A program made the translations under genes and the position numbers. The notes beneath the pieces were generated by a model. It was not told where the DNA came from. It saw nothing but the letters and a program-made list of their open reading frames with translations, and made no database searches. 64,000 nt of DNA from Thermoproteota archaeon (GTDB lineage Archaea > Thermoproteota > Thermoprotei > Gearchaeales > Gearchaeaceae). The stretch lies in contig JAVVGF010000004.1 in assembly GCA_032249235.1 (NCBI GenBank), positions 1 through 64,000 on the forward strand, read 5' to 3'. Shown here piece by piece: positions 10,651 through 20,291 of this stretch (position 1 is its first letter; each line of letters starts with the position of its first letter).

Positions 10651-10824
10651 TTATATTCTTATTATGCCAACATTCAATAAAACTACTATTGAAATTAATA
10701 GTATGCTTAACATTATAGCGAGGCCAGGGCTTATTTTTACCTCTGATATATCTTCTTCATAATAAGTTATTAAACCGGCCGAGCTTATGGGTGAAACCTC
10801 TTTCTTCTTTCTTTGCCTGGACAT
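10651..10824 (-). CDS. secG: preprotein translocase Sec61beta (57 aa, absent from the ORF track)
   Basis: Translated by hand: MSRQRKKKEVSPISSAGLITYYEEDISEVKISPGLAIMLSILL...; AGL..YYEE..KISP signature plus a C-terminal TM helix. Confidence 0.92.
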   Translation of the reverse strand: MSRQRKKKEVSPISSAGLITYYEEDISEVKISPGLAIMLSILLISIVVLLNVGIIRI

Positions 10825-10842
10825 AGATATAAGTTATTCAGA

Positions 10843-13032
10843 CTAAATATTAAAAAATTTATCTAGTTTTTCGAAGCGTTCCTCTTCTTTGAAATATGTA
10901 TATACGTATCTCTTTAACCTTCTATTGTTCTTCCGATATAATATCGACAGACTACTGAGCTGAGTAAAGTTACTATACTCTTTTAATAATGCATTTATTT
11001 CTTTTTTAAACCATTTATAGGTTATTCTATTTTTGCATTTAGGGCAATAAATATTCATTTTAGGTCTATCTAGAAGGTTTTCACACCTTGGGCACTTTAT
11101 CTTCATCGTAATATTTTCTTTTATTGCATTTGTGAGTGGTTGTAATACGCGATGTTTAAAATATATAGCAAAGGACAAATCGTTCTGTGTTTCATTTGAC
11201 GATTCTTCTAAGCTTATCCTTAATGCTTCACTTTTCTTTTCTCTTTTTGGTATGTCTGTTAAAATATATAACCCCCTAAGATCGTCTAGATATAAAGCTG
11301 ACGCGTTAAGTAAAAAATCTTGGGGCAAACAAATTCTTATTAAATTATCGGCGATTATTTCTCCATATAAAGCATCATATAGCGTCTTGCTTATTATTCC
11401 ATAACTTTTTTTAATAAAACCTTTTATTGTCAGAGGGTAAAAAATTAAACCTCTTATAGAACGTGCTAATATGATATCCCCTTCTTTAATTGATTCTTTA
11501 CAAAAGTCCTTAAGATCTTCTTTTCGATATATATTTATTAATTCTAGTATGTAAGAATTGATCTTTTTTAATCTTTCTAGAACTGATTCAGGTAGCAGTA
11601 TTTCATCATCTTTAATTTGATATAAACTTTCTCGGTCTTCAATATAATCGCTAACGATTACAGGCAATACTATTTCTGCAACTCCGTTCTCTGCAATATC
11701 TATATTCTGCTTTAGTCTTATAGAAAGCTTATATGGTGAAGGATAAAAAAAAGTACGAGAAAATTTAAGCTTTTGAATCTTTTCAGGCGTTATATTACTT
11801 TCTATGAGTTTTTCTTCTATTAACTTCAATGGATCTTCTTTAAATTTCAATATAGGTGAAAGTGTGCTATCACAAGAGATGCACCTTATATATTCATTTG
11901 CTATTCCGCATTTATTGCAATAATACGTTAATCTTTTTTCTCTTCTACAATTTTCACAATACTCAAAGCAACTTATTTCTAAACAATTTTCGCAAACAAA
12001 ACTGAACGAATCAAATTCGTTATTATTTTTCTTATTCCTATAAGGCAGAATAACTTGATAATAATAATCCTCTAGTTGAGTTTCTTTGAGCTTTAGCCCC
12101 AGTATATGTCTATTACCATTGGAAATCCTATTTCCATATCTAGATATGACCTTTCTAAAACTTTCTAAGTCAATTACGCTATGAGGGGTATGCATTTCTA
12201 TGCTCGAGACTATTCTTATATCTGATTTTTCAGAATCTCGATCATATACATTTATTGTATCATTATATTCTTGTATATAGATTTTTTTTAACAATAATCT
12301 ATATTTACTAATAATATTTTTAAGCCATTCATCTGGATCAATTAACTTTAATATTTTTAATGCTTCATCAAAATAATATATAAGCGAATCAAGAAAAATA
12401 TCTAAATATATATTTTCAGATTCATTTTCATCTATGATCTTAATAGTAAATTTATCAAAAAGGAATTTCAAGAATTCAAATAAAAGACGTTTATGGTAAA
12501 TATTAATTTCTTTAAATTTCTTGTTTATTAATGAGATGATAAAAGTTTTATCTCTAATTGTATATTCAGATGCGCTTATTATTTCTCTTAATTTCTCTGC
12601 TAATACTGCCGCAAGAAAGCTAATTATTGGCTCTTTTATCTCTTTTAAATTCAATTTCAACACTACATAATTTCCCTTGCTAATTTCTTCTTGGTAAAGC
12701 TCCAATATGCCTCTTAATGGAGAAGAATCGACGAAATTAAAATAATACAATAAGGCTGTCTGCAAAGCTATCTTAAGATCATTATTATAATCATTTGTTA
12801 TAATAACTCGCTTCAATGCAACGCTTCTCAATATTTCTGAACATAACTCCAGTTTATTTTTTACTCCTACTGTATTTTCAAGATTGGTTATCAGTTCAGA
12901 TAACTTTCTATTATTAAAAATATTACTTACAAGAATTGCATTTATTATTCTCTTATGAAAGAAAATTTTATGAGATTCAAAGTCTCTACCAATTTTTTCT
13001 GCTTTTTCTATCAACGTTTCAATTGCGCTCAT
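10843..13032 (-). CDS. degenerate DNA polymerase D large subunit (DP2)-like protein, catalytic motif lost
   Basis: Colinear resemblance to DP2: TAL...SSPLRGI (ALAILTEGVVSAPLEGI), central multi-CxxC module, DFLLNAS (DALLNFS), KCPRC..RP....CPKC, C-terminal LDKFF; no CDGDED. Confidence 0.75.
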   Translation of the reverse strand: MSAIETLIEKAEKIGRDFESHKIFFHKRIINAILVSNIFNNRKLSELITNLENTVGVKNKLELCSEILRSVALKRVIITNDYNNDLKIALQTALLYYFNFVDSSPLRGILELYQEEISKGNYVVLKLNLKEIKEPIISFLAAVLAEKLREIISASEYTIRDKTFIISLINKKFKEINIYHKRLLFEFLKFLFDKFTIKIIDENESENIYLDIFLDSLIYYFDEALKILKLIDPDEWLKNIISKYRLLLKKIYIQEYNDTINVYDRDSEKSDIRIVSSIEMHTPHSVIDLESFRKVISRYGNRISNGNRHILGLKLKETQLEDYYYQVILPYRNKKNNNEFDSFSFVCENCLEISCFEYCENCRREKRLTYYCNKCGIANEYIRCISCDSTLSPILKFKEDPLKLIEEKLIESNITPEKIQKLKFSRTFFYPSPYKLSIRLKQNIDIAENGVAEIVLPVIVSDYIEDRESLYQIKDDEILLPESVLERLKKINSYILELINIYRKEDLKDFCKESIKEGDIILARSIRGLIFYPLTIKGFIKKSYGIISKTLYDALYGEIIADNLIRICLPQDFLLNASALYLDDLRGLYILTDIPKREKKSEALRISLEESSNETQNDLSFAIYFKHRVLQPLTNAIKENITMKIKCPRCENLLDRPKMNIYCPKCKNRITYKWFKKEINALLKEYSNFTQLSSLSILYRKNNRRLKRYVYTYFKEEERFEKLDKFFNI

Positions 13033-13631
13033 AAGCTTTCAGCCAAAAAAGAAATCAATATAGGATATACTAAATTATCGCTATATGGAAGCGGCACGCT
13101 GTCAATAATATAAACCGTTATCGCTATTATTGAAGCTTTTAAAATACTCGTATAATTCAAAAGTATAAAAAATGTTAGTATTGCGCCAAAAAACGAGCCT
13201 ATCACGCTTTTGTTCTTATTATAAGGATGCTTTATTTGATCAAAAATCATGCCTACCAAGCTAATAATTGGATCGATGAATGTTACCACAAATACACCTA
13301 TTAAAAATGGTATTTCATGGAAGAATATGGATGAAAAGAGTACACCTGAGAGAAAATAAGTATGAGCGCCTAAGTATGTTCTTTCATAGCTCCTGCTAAT
13401 TGTATCTGCAATTCGTTTCAAAGGATATTGAATATAAACTCTTAGTCTAATCGCATCAGATAAGATAGCTAAGAATAGCAATGACGTGAATAACATGATG
13501 GCTATTTCCTTGCCTAAATAAAAATAAGCGAGTATTAAAAATGAACCTAGACCGATATGAAATGCTTTTCTATATATTTCGCTCTGAAAATTCTTATCTT
13601 CAAATTTAGCTTTTAACCCGAATATTTTCAT
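13029..13631 (-). CDS. CTP-dependent polyprenol/diacylglycerol kinase family membrane protein (SEC59/DGK1/VTE5)
   Basis: EIYRKAFH, DP...LVG, KSVIGS, DNL..P motifs; multi-TM. Confidence 0.82.
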   Translation of the reverse strand: MKIFGLKAKFEDKNFQSEIYRKAFHIGLGSFLILAYFYLGKEIAIMLFTSLLFLAILSDAIRLRVYIQYPLKRIADTISRSYERTYLGAHTYFLSGVLFSSIFFHEIPFLIGVFVVTFIDPIISLVGMIFDQIKHPYNKNKSVIGSFFGAILTFFILLNYTSILKASIIAITVYIIDSVPLPYSDNLVYPILISFLAESL

Positions 13632-14370
13632 TAATGTCTCTCAATATTTTGTATAATTCATCATAATCATTAATTTCTTCAATTAGTGACCCTGTCACCA
13701 CGATTTCTGCGCCTGCTTTAGCTAGTTTCCTAGCGGTTTCCGCATCTCTTATACCTCCTCCAACAATTAAGTGTATGTTAATATTGCTTCTTACAAATTT
13801 AACCATTTCCGGTGGTATGCTTGTTTTTGAACCAGATCCCGCCTCAAGATAAACCATCCTCATGCCTAACATTTCGGCAGCCATTGCATAAGCTGCAACG
13901 ATATTATGATGTTTTATAGGAATAGGCCTAGCCCATCCAACATAACTTACAACTTCTCCTTCACCTATTATCAAATATCCAACTGGTATCGCTTCTAATT
14001 TATATCTTTTAATTATAGGTGCAGCTAACATTTGGGCCTCTATAAGATAATAAGGGTTTTGAGAATTCAGTAAACTCATATAAAAAATTGCATCTGCATT
14101 GTTAGTAATAGAGTTTAAACCGCTCGGGAATATGATTACAGGTAATTTACAATATTCCTTTATGATTTCAACTGTATGGAACATTAATGATTCTGTTACA
14201 CCCGTAGAACCTCCGACAAGAATAGCGCTAGTTCCAGCTCTTTCTATTACTTCAATTAATTTCTTAGCATTAAGTTTATGAAACTTTTCTGGATCAATTA
14301 AAACAACATGTATGCAGCCATTTTCATTTATTCTAGCTTCAAGATAACTTTCTACTTTTCCTTTTATCAT
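13606..14370 (-). CDS. geranylgeranylglyceryl phosphate synthase
   Basis: HVVLIDP, LVGGSTG, SLLNS.NPYY, YLEAGSG, VGGGIR, VVTG. Confidence 0.95.
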   Translation of the reverse strand: MIKGKVESYLEARINENGCIHVVLIDPEKFHKLNAKKLIEVIERAGTSAILVGGSTGVTESLMFHTVEIIKEYCKLPVIIFPSGLNSITNNADAIFYMSLLNSQNPYYLIEAQMLAAPIIKRYKLEAIPVGYLIIGEGEVVSYVGWARPIPIKHHNIVAAYAMAAEMLGMRMVYLEAGSGSKTSIPPEMVKFVRSNINIHLIVGGGIRDAETARKLAKAGAEIVVTGSLIEEINDYDELYKILRDINENIRVKS

Positions 14371-14606
14371 AATTGGCCACTATAAAAAGCATCTACGAAG
14401 GCATTATAAGCGTCAACTGGTTCTTCACTTAACCTTAACTCTACGCTTGTATTTAAGTTGCATGAAGTACATCTCACTTCAGCCATATTCTTTTCTTTGT
14501 ATATTTTCACGAAGACAGATTGCTTACCACAATTAGGACATAAAAAAACCTTAGGTATTTTTCTAACTACCTTTTTTACTATCTTCTTTCTCTTCCTCCT
14601 CCCCAC
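14367..14606 (-). CDS. elf1: transcription elongation factor Elf1
   Basis: MGRRKRK basic N-terminus, FLCPNC...CTSC, EPVDAY..FVD. Confidence 0.92.
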   Translation of the reverse strand: MGRRKRKKIVKKVVRKIPKVFLCPNCGKQSVFVKIYKEKNMAEVRCTSCNLNTSVELRLSEEPVDAYNAFVDAFYSGQL

Positions 14607-14705
14607 CTACTCACCCCTCTTATATATTGCATACGCTATTATAACTAAAATAGATAATGGAGTAAGAACATAATAGAGTAAAGTCAAAATCCAATCTAAG
14701 CTCAT
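14607..14705 (-). CDS. putative 32-aa single-pass membrane microprotein
   Basis: MSLDWILTLLYYVLTPLSILVIIAYAIYKRGE; GAGG just before the ATG; stop abuts the Elf1 start; fills the intergenic gap. Confidence 0.6.
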   Translation of the reverse strand: MSLDWILTLLYYVLTPLSILVIIAYAIYKRGE

Positions 14706-14716
14706 CCTCTACTATT

Positions 14717-15112
14717 CTATATTGCTTGCTTAAAAATTTTAATTCGATATTTTTCCAAGTTTGAATCGATGGCTACTTTGAATATATCCTTTGTTTCAAA
14801 AATCGGCATGATTTGTTGGACTTGTTCAACGATTTCGCATGCAAGAAGATGATAGCAAGGTTTGATCTTATTTTTTATCAAAGCTGCAGTGAAACCATAA
14901 CAACTGCAATATAGACCTTTAATAGTAATATACGTATCTCTTTTACCTCTAATTATAAAAAAACGTTTCCCCTTAACCTTACTTTTTATTTCAAATATTC
15001 TATTATCTTTTATCAATTCGATTGCATCTATTATTTTCTTTGATTTAAAGTCTTCTCTATAGTATTGTTTAAGGTAATTGTTGATTTTTCTAATTAGCTC
15101 TTTACTTTGCAT
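14717..15112 (-). CDS. SWIM zinc-finger protein
   Basis: YCSC...PCYHLLA (CxC-xn-CxH). Confidence 0.8.
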   Translation of the reverse strand: MQSKELIRKINNYLKQYYREDFKSKKIIDAIELIKDNRIFEIKSKVKGKRFFIIRGKRDTYITIKGLYCSCYGFTAALIKNKIKPCYHLLACEIVEQVQQIMPIFETKDIFKVAIDSNLEKYRIKIFKQAI

Positions 15113-15115
15113 TTA

Positions 15116-15188
15116 TGGGACCGCCAGGATTTGAACCTGGGCCACCAGGGCCCGAGCCTGGCAGTCTACCAAGCTATCCTACGGTCCC
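15116..15188 (-). tRNA. tRNA-Pro(CGG)
   Basis: GGGACCG/CGGTCCC acceptor stem, CCAGG-CTCGGGC-CCTGG anticodon arm. Confidence 0.94.
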
Positions 15189-15243
15189 TCTTTTCTAATA
15201 ATAAAACTTAACTTTATACTTTATAATATTATTATATTGCGAC

Positions 15244-17172
15244 ATGAATAATTCTTCAAGCTCCATTTTTCAATTGTTCAACGAATTAAGGTTTCGTATA
15301 TTATCAATACTTTATAGACATGGCGGTTTACGTGCTAGCGAACTTTTAAGTTTGTTATCAGGAAATGAATTGACTCTTCAAAATCTCTTGTATCACTTAA
15401 ACATTTTGGAAAGAAAAGGACTACTACTTCGGGATGAAGATAAGCGCTATTTCATAACTGATTTTGGTAAACACATTCTTGAAAAAATTGAAGAAATCGA
15501 AGATATGGTTGAAAGCGAATCAAAAATAAGAATTTTAATGTCCGATTATCCATATATTCAAATATTATCTAAAAGGATTTTACAAATGCTAATTCAAGAA
15601 AACTTTAATCTGAAAAAACCCGATGAAGACAGTATATTAAAAGAATTGGTTGATAGACTTAATTTTTATCGTTCAGATTTAATTACAAAGGAAGTAATTA
15701 ATGCTCTCATTATATCCTTATTAATAGAAAAACATAAAGAAATAAACTATTACAATCTACATGTATCTAAAGAAAACGAGTTAATAGAAAATAAAAGAAT
15801 TAACATCCTTCAATATTTAATATCTAATATAAATCAACTAAAAGAATATTTGCATTTAATTTATATTTCTTCATTAGATTTTTTTAATGAAAAATCTATA
15901 GATTTAAGAATGGATATAGCTAGAATCTCATATACTGGTGAAAATGAAAAAGAGAATATATTGGTTCTTTATAATAGCTATTTTAAGATAAAAAATATTT
16001 TAAATTCCCTATCTACAGGTATCTTATTAAATAAATCAGATGGCTTTATAAGTATTCAGAATAAATTTTATTATTATTTTAAAATGTTATTACAACTTCT
16101 TTCATTTGATAATGACTATTTTATAAAGTTTGCATTTAGTGATATAAATTTGTTGAGACCAAATTTAATAAAAAATTATGATGGAAAAATTTTAATAAGA
16201 TGCGATTTAAATTTAGAATCAAGTGTTAATGATATTATTAATTGTATACATTTAATAAGTTCCTATCTAAAGGAAATACCTTTTCTTAGTTTCTTCAATA
16301 GAGAGGATTCGAGCGGAGGCCCATCATGTTTAGATTATTTCAATCCTAATGCTGATGAATGGGTTGTCATAGGCTCAATTTCATTGAATATGCCTAGACT
16401 TGTAGTCGAAAGCAATTATAATGAGGACAAACTTAAAGAAAAGTTGTTTGATCTATTTAAAATATCTCATAAGCTGGCACTATTAAAAGAGAGTAAAATC
16501 AAGAAAAATAACTTTATGAATGTATTCATGGCAAAGTTTTTTATAAATATCATTGGCCTTTTTGAATCAATTTTCTTATTAACTAATAAAACTATAAATG
16601 ATAGTTCATCCTATAAATTATTACGTAATCTATTAATTGAAATGGATAAAATTGTTGAAGAAATAGATTCTGAGAATTTATTAGGATTGTCTTCTGTTAG
16701 GGACTATGAAGCTAGCAAGGCCTTTTCGGATTATGACTTAAAACAAAATGATATAAGCTTTAAAAGAGAACTCAGATTTGCTTTGAAGAAGCATGGATAC
16801 TCATTTGGAATAATACCACCTTGGATTTCATTAAACTTCAAACAGAACTTATCTCTTCAAGGCCCTTTGCTACAATATTTTAAAGGAGGTTACACAGCCG
16901 AACTTTTTATACAACCTTCATTAATTGAGGAAAACTCTCTTAAAGAAATCTTTGAACAAGCATTTTTAAATTATAAATTGAGGACGATAAAGATATCAAC
17001 CATCGCATGCGTATGTTCTAGATGTTATAGCCATAAAGGTGGGCAAAACGATCTTTGTAAACAATGTGGTACGAAAGATTCTTACTATGCATTAAAGGAT
17101 GATCAAGGTCTTGTACATTATGTAAAAACAGAAGAGTTTTACGGACCTAGTCTTCTTTATTTATTAGATTAA
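15244..17172 (+). CDS. ArsR-like wHTH fused to ATP-cone-like and degenerate class III ribonucleotide reductase (NrdD)-like domains
   Basis: N-terminal RFRIL...YHLNIL...YFITDFG wHTH; GSISLNMPRL, IIGLFES, FKGG and terminal CSRC..CKQCG resemble NrdD; RxxGY replaced by DDQGL. Confidence 0.68.
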   Translation: MNNSSSSIFQLFNELRFRILSILYRHGGLRASELLSLLSGNELTLQNLLYHLNILERKGLLLRDEDKRYFITDFGKHILEKIEEIEDMVESESKIRILMSDYPYIQILSKRILQMLIQENFNLKKPDEDSILKELVDRLNFYRSDLITKEVINALIISLLIEKHKEINYYNLHVSKENELIENKRINILQYLISNINQLKEYLHLIYISSLDFFNEKSIDLRMDIARISYTGENEKENILVLYNSYFKIKNILNSLSTGILLNKSDGFISIQNKFYYYFKMLLQLLSFDNDYFIKFAFSDINLLRPNLIKNYDGKILIRCDLNLESSVNDIINCIHLISSYLKEIPFLSFFNREDSSGGPSCLDYFNPNADEWVVIGSISLNMPRLVVESNYNEDKLKEKLFDLFKISHKLALLKESKIKKNNFMNVFMAKFFINIIGLFESIFLLTNKTINDSSSYKLLRNLLIEMDKIVEEIDSENLLGLSSVRDYEASKAFSDYDLKQNDISFKRELRFALKKHGYSFGIIPPWISLNFKQNLSLQGPLLQYFKGGYTAELFIQPSLIEENSLKEIFEQAFLNYKLRTIKISTIACVCSRCYSHKGGQNDLCKQCGTKDSYYALKDDQGLVHYVKTEEFYGPSLLYLLD

Positions 17173-17450
17173 CCTCCATGAACGAACGAGAAGAGTGTAA
17201 TTGTAGTATTTCCTTTTATCATTAAGTATTCGTTTAATCTTGCAGGAAACACTTTGTTTTCATAATTTACGAGTAAATCTGGAGATATTTTATCTCCTTG
17301 AAAAACTCTATTTCTAAATTCTTCACCGAATTTATTACTTAATAGCGAAATAAGTTCCTTCAAGGTTATTTCATGTTTATCTATTTCTAAATCTACTTCG
17401 CTTGTTTTAGCAAGACCTTTAAGAACACCTAAAAATTTAACTTTAACCAT
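17169..17450 (-). CDS. MoaD/ThiS/SAMP ubiquitin-like protein
   Basis: MVKVKFLG start, beta-grasp pattern, C-terminal VHGG. Confidence 0.88.
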   Translation of the reverse strand: MVKVKFLGVLKGLAKTSEVDLEIDKHEITLKELISLLSNKFGEEFRNRVFQGDKISPDLLVNYENKVFPARLNEYLMIKGNTTITLFSFVHGG

Positions 17451-17481
17451 GACCTTCAAAATATTTTTCTGTAGATCCATA

Positions 17482-18297
17482 TCAAGCTATTTTAATATCC
17501 ATCTGTCTCTTATTTAACCATTCAATGAATTTCCTTTTTGCTTTAAAAGGATCTTTTTCTAGAAGTATAATCAAAGGAGTTCGAATATTTTTTATTCTAA
17601 AAGGTAAGTTATGTTTGGTGGTTTTTGCAGGTAATAACTTTCCTTTTCTTGCAAATTCAACTACTTCTGATTTGCTAACCAATTTACCGCTATAATATGC
17701 CAAAGAGTGACTTAGTTTAACATCTTCAAATTCTTGGAAAGTAATATATCTATTTACATTAAATATTCTATCAAATTGTTTAATTAAAATATTGCTCTTT
17801 TCTAAATCGATATCTTCTAAATAAAGTATAATATTATCAAATATTAAAAAGAAATTTTCTTTTAAAATATTTAACATACTTTTCTCATAAAATTTATTAT
17901 TGAGTTTATGGATTAATATTTTTTCATCTTTTATCAAATTTAAAATTTCGTTCATTATGTTTCCAAAAGTTATTTCCTCCAAATAACTTGCTTCTCTAAT
18001 CCATTTCTCGACTTTTATCTTTTCGTCGAAATACTCTACCAACATGCATGGTGCATGAAACATGCCTAATCTTTTCAATGCTTCAAGTCTGTGCATCCCA
18101 TCTAAAACTACGTTCGTTTTTAAATCCACGACCAACGGTTCATTTAAATAAGGATCTTTTTTCAACAAAGCAATTAATTCTTCGAGATGTAAATCGTTTA
18201 TTTCTTCATGGGGATATAGTTCTTGAATTGGCACCAACTTTAAAATGGCACTAAATCCATAGTAGCTTAGTTTAATAGAGTCATCTTCTTCAATCAT
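17482..18297 (-). CDS. ParB/Srx-fold protein (SerK/SbnI-like)
   Basis: LYPHEE, VLDGMHRL.AL, GKLLPAKTTKH. Confidence 0.75.
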   Translation of the reverse strand: MIEEDDSIKLSYYGFSAILKLVPIQELYPHEEINDLHLEELIALLKKDPYLNEPLVVDLKTNVVLDGMHRLEALKRLGMFHAPCMLVEYFDEKIKVEKWIREASYLEEITFGNIMNEILNLIKDEKILIHKLNNKFYEKSMLNILKENFFLIFDNIILYLEDIDLEKSNILIKQFDRIFNVNRYITFQEFEDVKLSHSLAYYSGKLVSKSEVVEFARKGKLLPAKTTKHNLPFRIKNIRTPLIILLEKDPFKAKRKFIEWLNKRQMDIKIA

Positions 18298-18545
18298 TGT
18301 TCTTCTGTCTCAGTGCTTTCTTCCTCCTCTGTCTCAGCTTCTTTTTCTGTAGTTTTTTCTTTTAATTTTATTAATCTAACTATATACCCAGCAATTTTAT
18401 TTCTTTCTTTTTTTGTCAATGGAACAGGCGATTTTTCTTTTAAAACCTGTTTGTTATGCTCGAAATCTTTATTGAATGCGTCAGGATACATTTCAAGTAA
18501 GTATTTTGCAATCCTTTTTATCGATTTTGTTTTTACTCTACCCAC
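18294..18545 (-). CDS. rps17e: 30S ribosomal protein S17e
   Basis: MGRVKTK.IKR, DFEHNK, RNKIAGY. Confidence 0.96.
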   Translation of the reverse strand: MGRVKTKSIKRIAKYLLEMYPDAFNKDFEHNKQVLKEKSPVPLTKKERNKIAGYIVRLIKLKEKTTEKEAETEEEESTETEEQ

Positions 18546-18632
18546 GTTCTTCTTATTTTTGAGCTTTTATATAAAAACTTCAAACTTGAAAGTTTAAATA
18601 AGGGAGACCACAATATAATGTTAGTTCTAACC

Positions 18633-20291
18633 ATGGCGTTGGCAACTCCTTCTGCTGTAGTCCCTGTGTTAATATTGAAGGAAGGTACTCAAAGAACTGT
18701 AGGATATGAAGCTCTACGTTCAAATATAGCAGCTGCTAGAGCAATAGCAGAAACAGTCAAATCGTCTTTAGGTCCAAGAGGAATGGATAAAATGCTAATT
18801 GATAGCATAGGAGACATTACAATTACGAATGACGGTGCAACAATATTAAAGGAAATAGAGGTTCAGCATCCCGCTGCTAAATTACTCGTTCAAATATCCA
18901 AGACATTAGACGATGAAGTTGGGGATGGCACTACTAGCTCTGTAGTTATCGCAGGCGAATTACTTAAAGGCGGTGAAGCATTAATTGAGAAAAATATTCA
19001 TCCAACAGTTATAGCGAGCGGTTATAGAAAAGCCTTAGCAAAAGCTAAAGAATTATTGGAAAAGCATTCTATTAAAGTAGATATTAACGACGACGCCATA
19101 TTGAAGAAGGTATGCTTGACAGCAATACATGGTAAAGCTGTCGGTCCTGTAAGAGATTATCTAGCAGATATATGCGTTAAAGCGGTTAAGAAAGTTGCTG
19201 AAGAAAGAGACGGAAAAATATATGTCGATTTGGATAGAATTCAATTAATTAAAAAACAAGGCGGTAGTTTATATGATACGAAATTAATCGAGGGTATAAT
19301 AATAGATAAAGAAGTAGTTCACCCTGGAATGCCTAAACGTATAGTGAATGCGAGGATTGTTTTGCTTGATACTCCTTTAGAAATAGAAAAGCCTGAAATC
19401 GATGCTGAAATAAGAATAACTGATCCTTCCCAAATAAGGGCATTCCTAAATGAAGAAGAAAAAATACTAAAGAGTATGATAGATAAAATACGCTCTCCCG
19501 AAATTAATGCGAATGTTGTGATATGTCAGAAAGGAATAGATGATATAGCTCAGCACTACTTGGCCAAATATGGAATATTAGCGGTAAGAAGGGTGAAAAA
19601 ATCTGATATGGAGAAACTTGCACTTGCAACAGGAGCTAAGATTGTTACGAATATTGAAGATCTATCTCCTTCAGATGTAGGAGAAGCAGCTTTAGTGGAA
19701 GAGAGAAAAGTAGGAGAAGATAAAATGGTCTTTGTTGAAGGTTGTAAGAATCCTAAAGCAGTCAGTATATTAATTAGAGGTGGTTTAGAGAGATTAGTTG
19801 ATGAGGCAGAAAGATCAATTATAGATGGTTTAAGTGTTGTTGCTGATGTGCTTGAATATCCTTATGTATGCGTAGGAGGTGGCGCAATTGAAATGGAAAT
19901 CTCTAAAGAACTTGCAGAATATTCCAAAAAGATAGGAGGAAGAGAACAACTAGCTATAGAAAGCTTCATAAATGCTTTAGAAGTTATACCTAGAGCTATT
20001 GCTGAAAATGCTGGTGCAGATCCGATCGATGCACTTGCAGAACTAAGGGCTTTACATGCAAAAGAAGGAGGAAAATATTACGGAATTGATGGTATAACAG
20101 GTAAACCTGCAAACTTATTCGAAGCAGGTGTTTTAGAACCAACATTGGTTAAATTACAAGTCTTAACAGCTGCAACAGAAGCAGCTACTACTATATTAAG
20201 GATTGATGAAGTAGTGGCGGCTTCAAAGATATCAAAGGAAGCACCACCTAAACCTAAAGAAGGAGAAAAAGAAGAAACAAGCTCTGAGTGA
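18633..20291 (+). CDS. ths: thermosome (group II chaperonin) subunit
   Basis: [26 protein letters not shown]; likely start ATG 18633. Confidence 0.97.
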   Translation: MALATPSAVVPVLILKEGTQRTVGYEALRSNIAAARAIAETVKSSLGPRGMDKMLIDSIGDITITNDGATILKEIEVQHPAAKLLVQISKTLDDEVGDGTTSSVVIAGELLKGGEALIEKNIHPTVIASGYRKALAKAKELLEKHSIKVDINDDAILKKVCLTAIHGKAVGPVRDYLADICVKAVKKVAEERDGKIYVDLDRIQLIKKQGGSLYDTKLIEGIIIDKEVVHPGMPKRIVNARIVLLDTPLEIEKPEIDAEIRITDPSQIRAFLNEEEKILKSMIDKIRSPEINANVVICQKGIDDIAQHYLAKYGILAVRRVKKSDMEKLALATGAKIVTNIEDLSPSDVGEAALVEERKVGEDKMVFVEGCKNPKAVSILIRGGLERLVDEAERSIIDGLSVVADVLEYPYVCVGGGAIEMEISKELAEYSKKIGGREQLAIESFINALEVIPRAIAENAGADPIDALAELRALHAKEGGKYYGIDGITGKPANLFEAGVLEPTLVKLQVLTAATEAATTILRIDEVVAASKISKEAPPKPKEGEKEETSSE

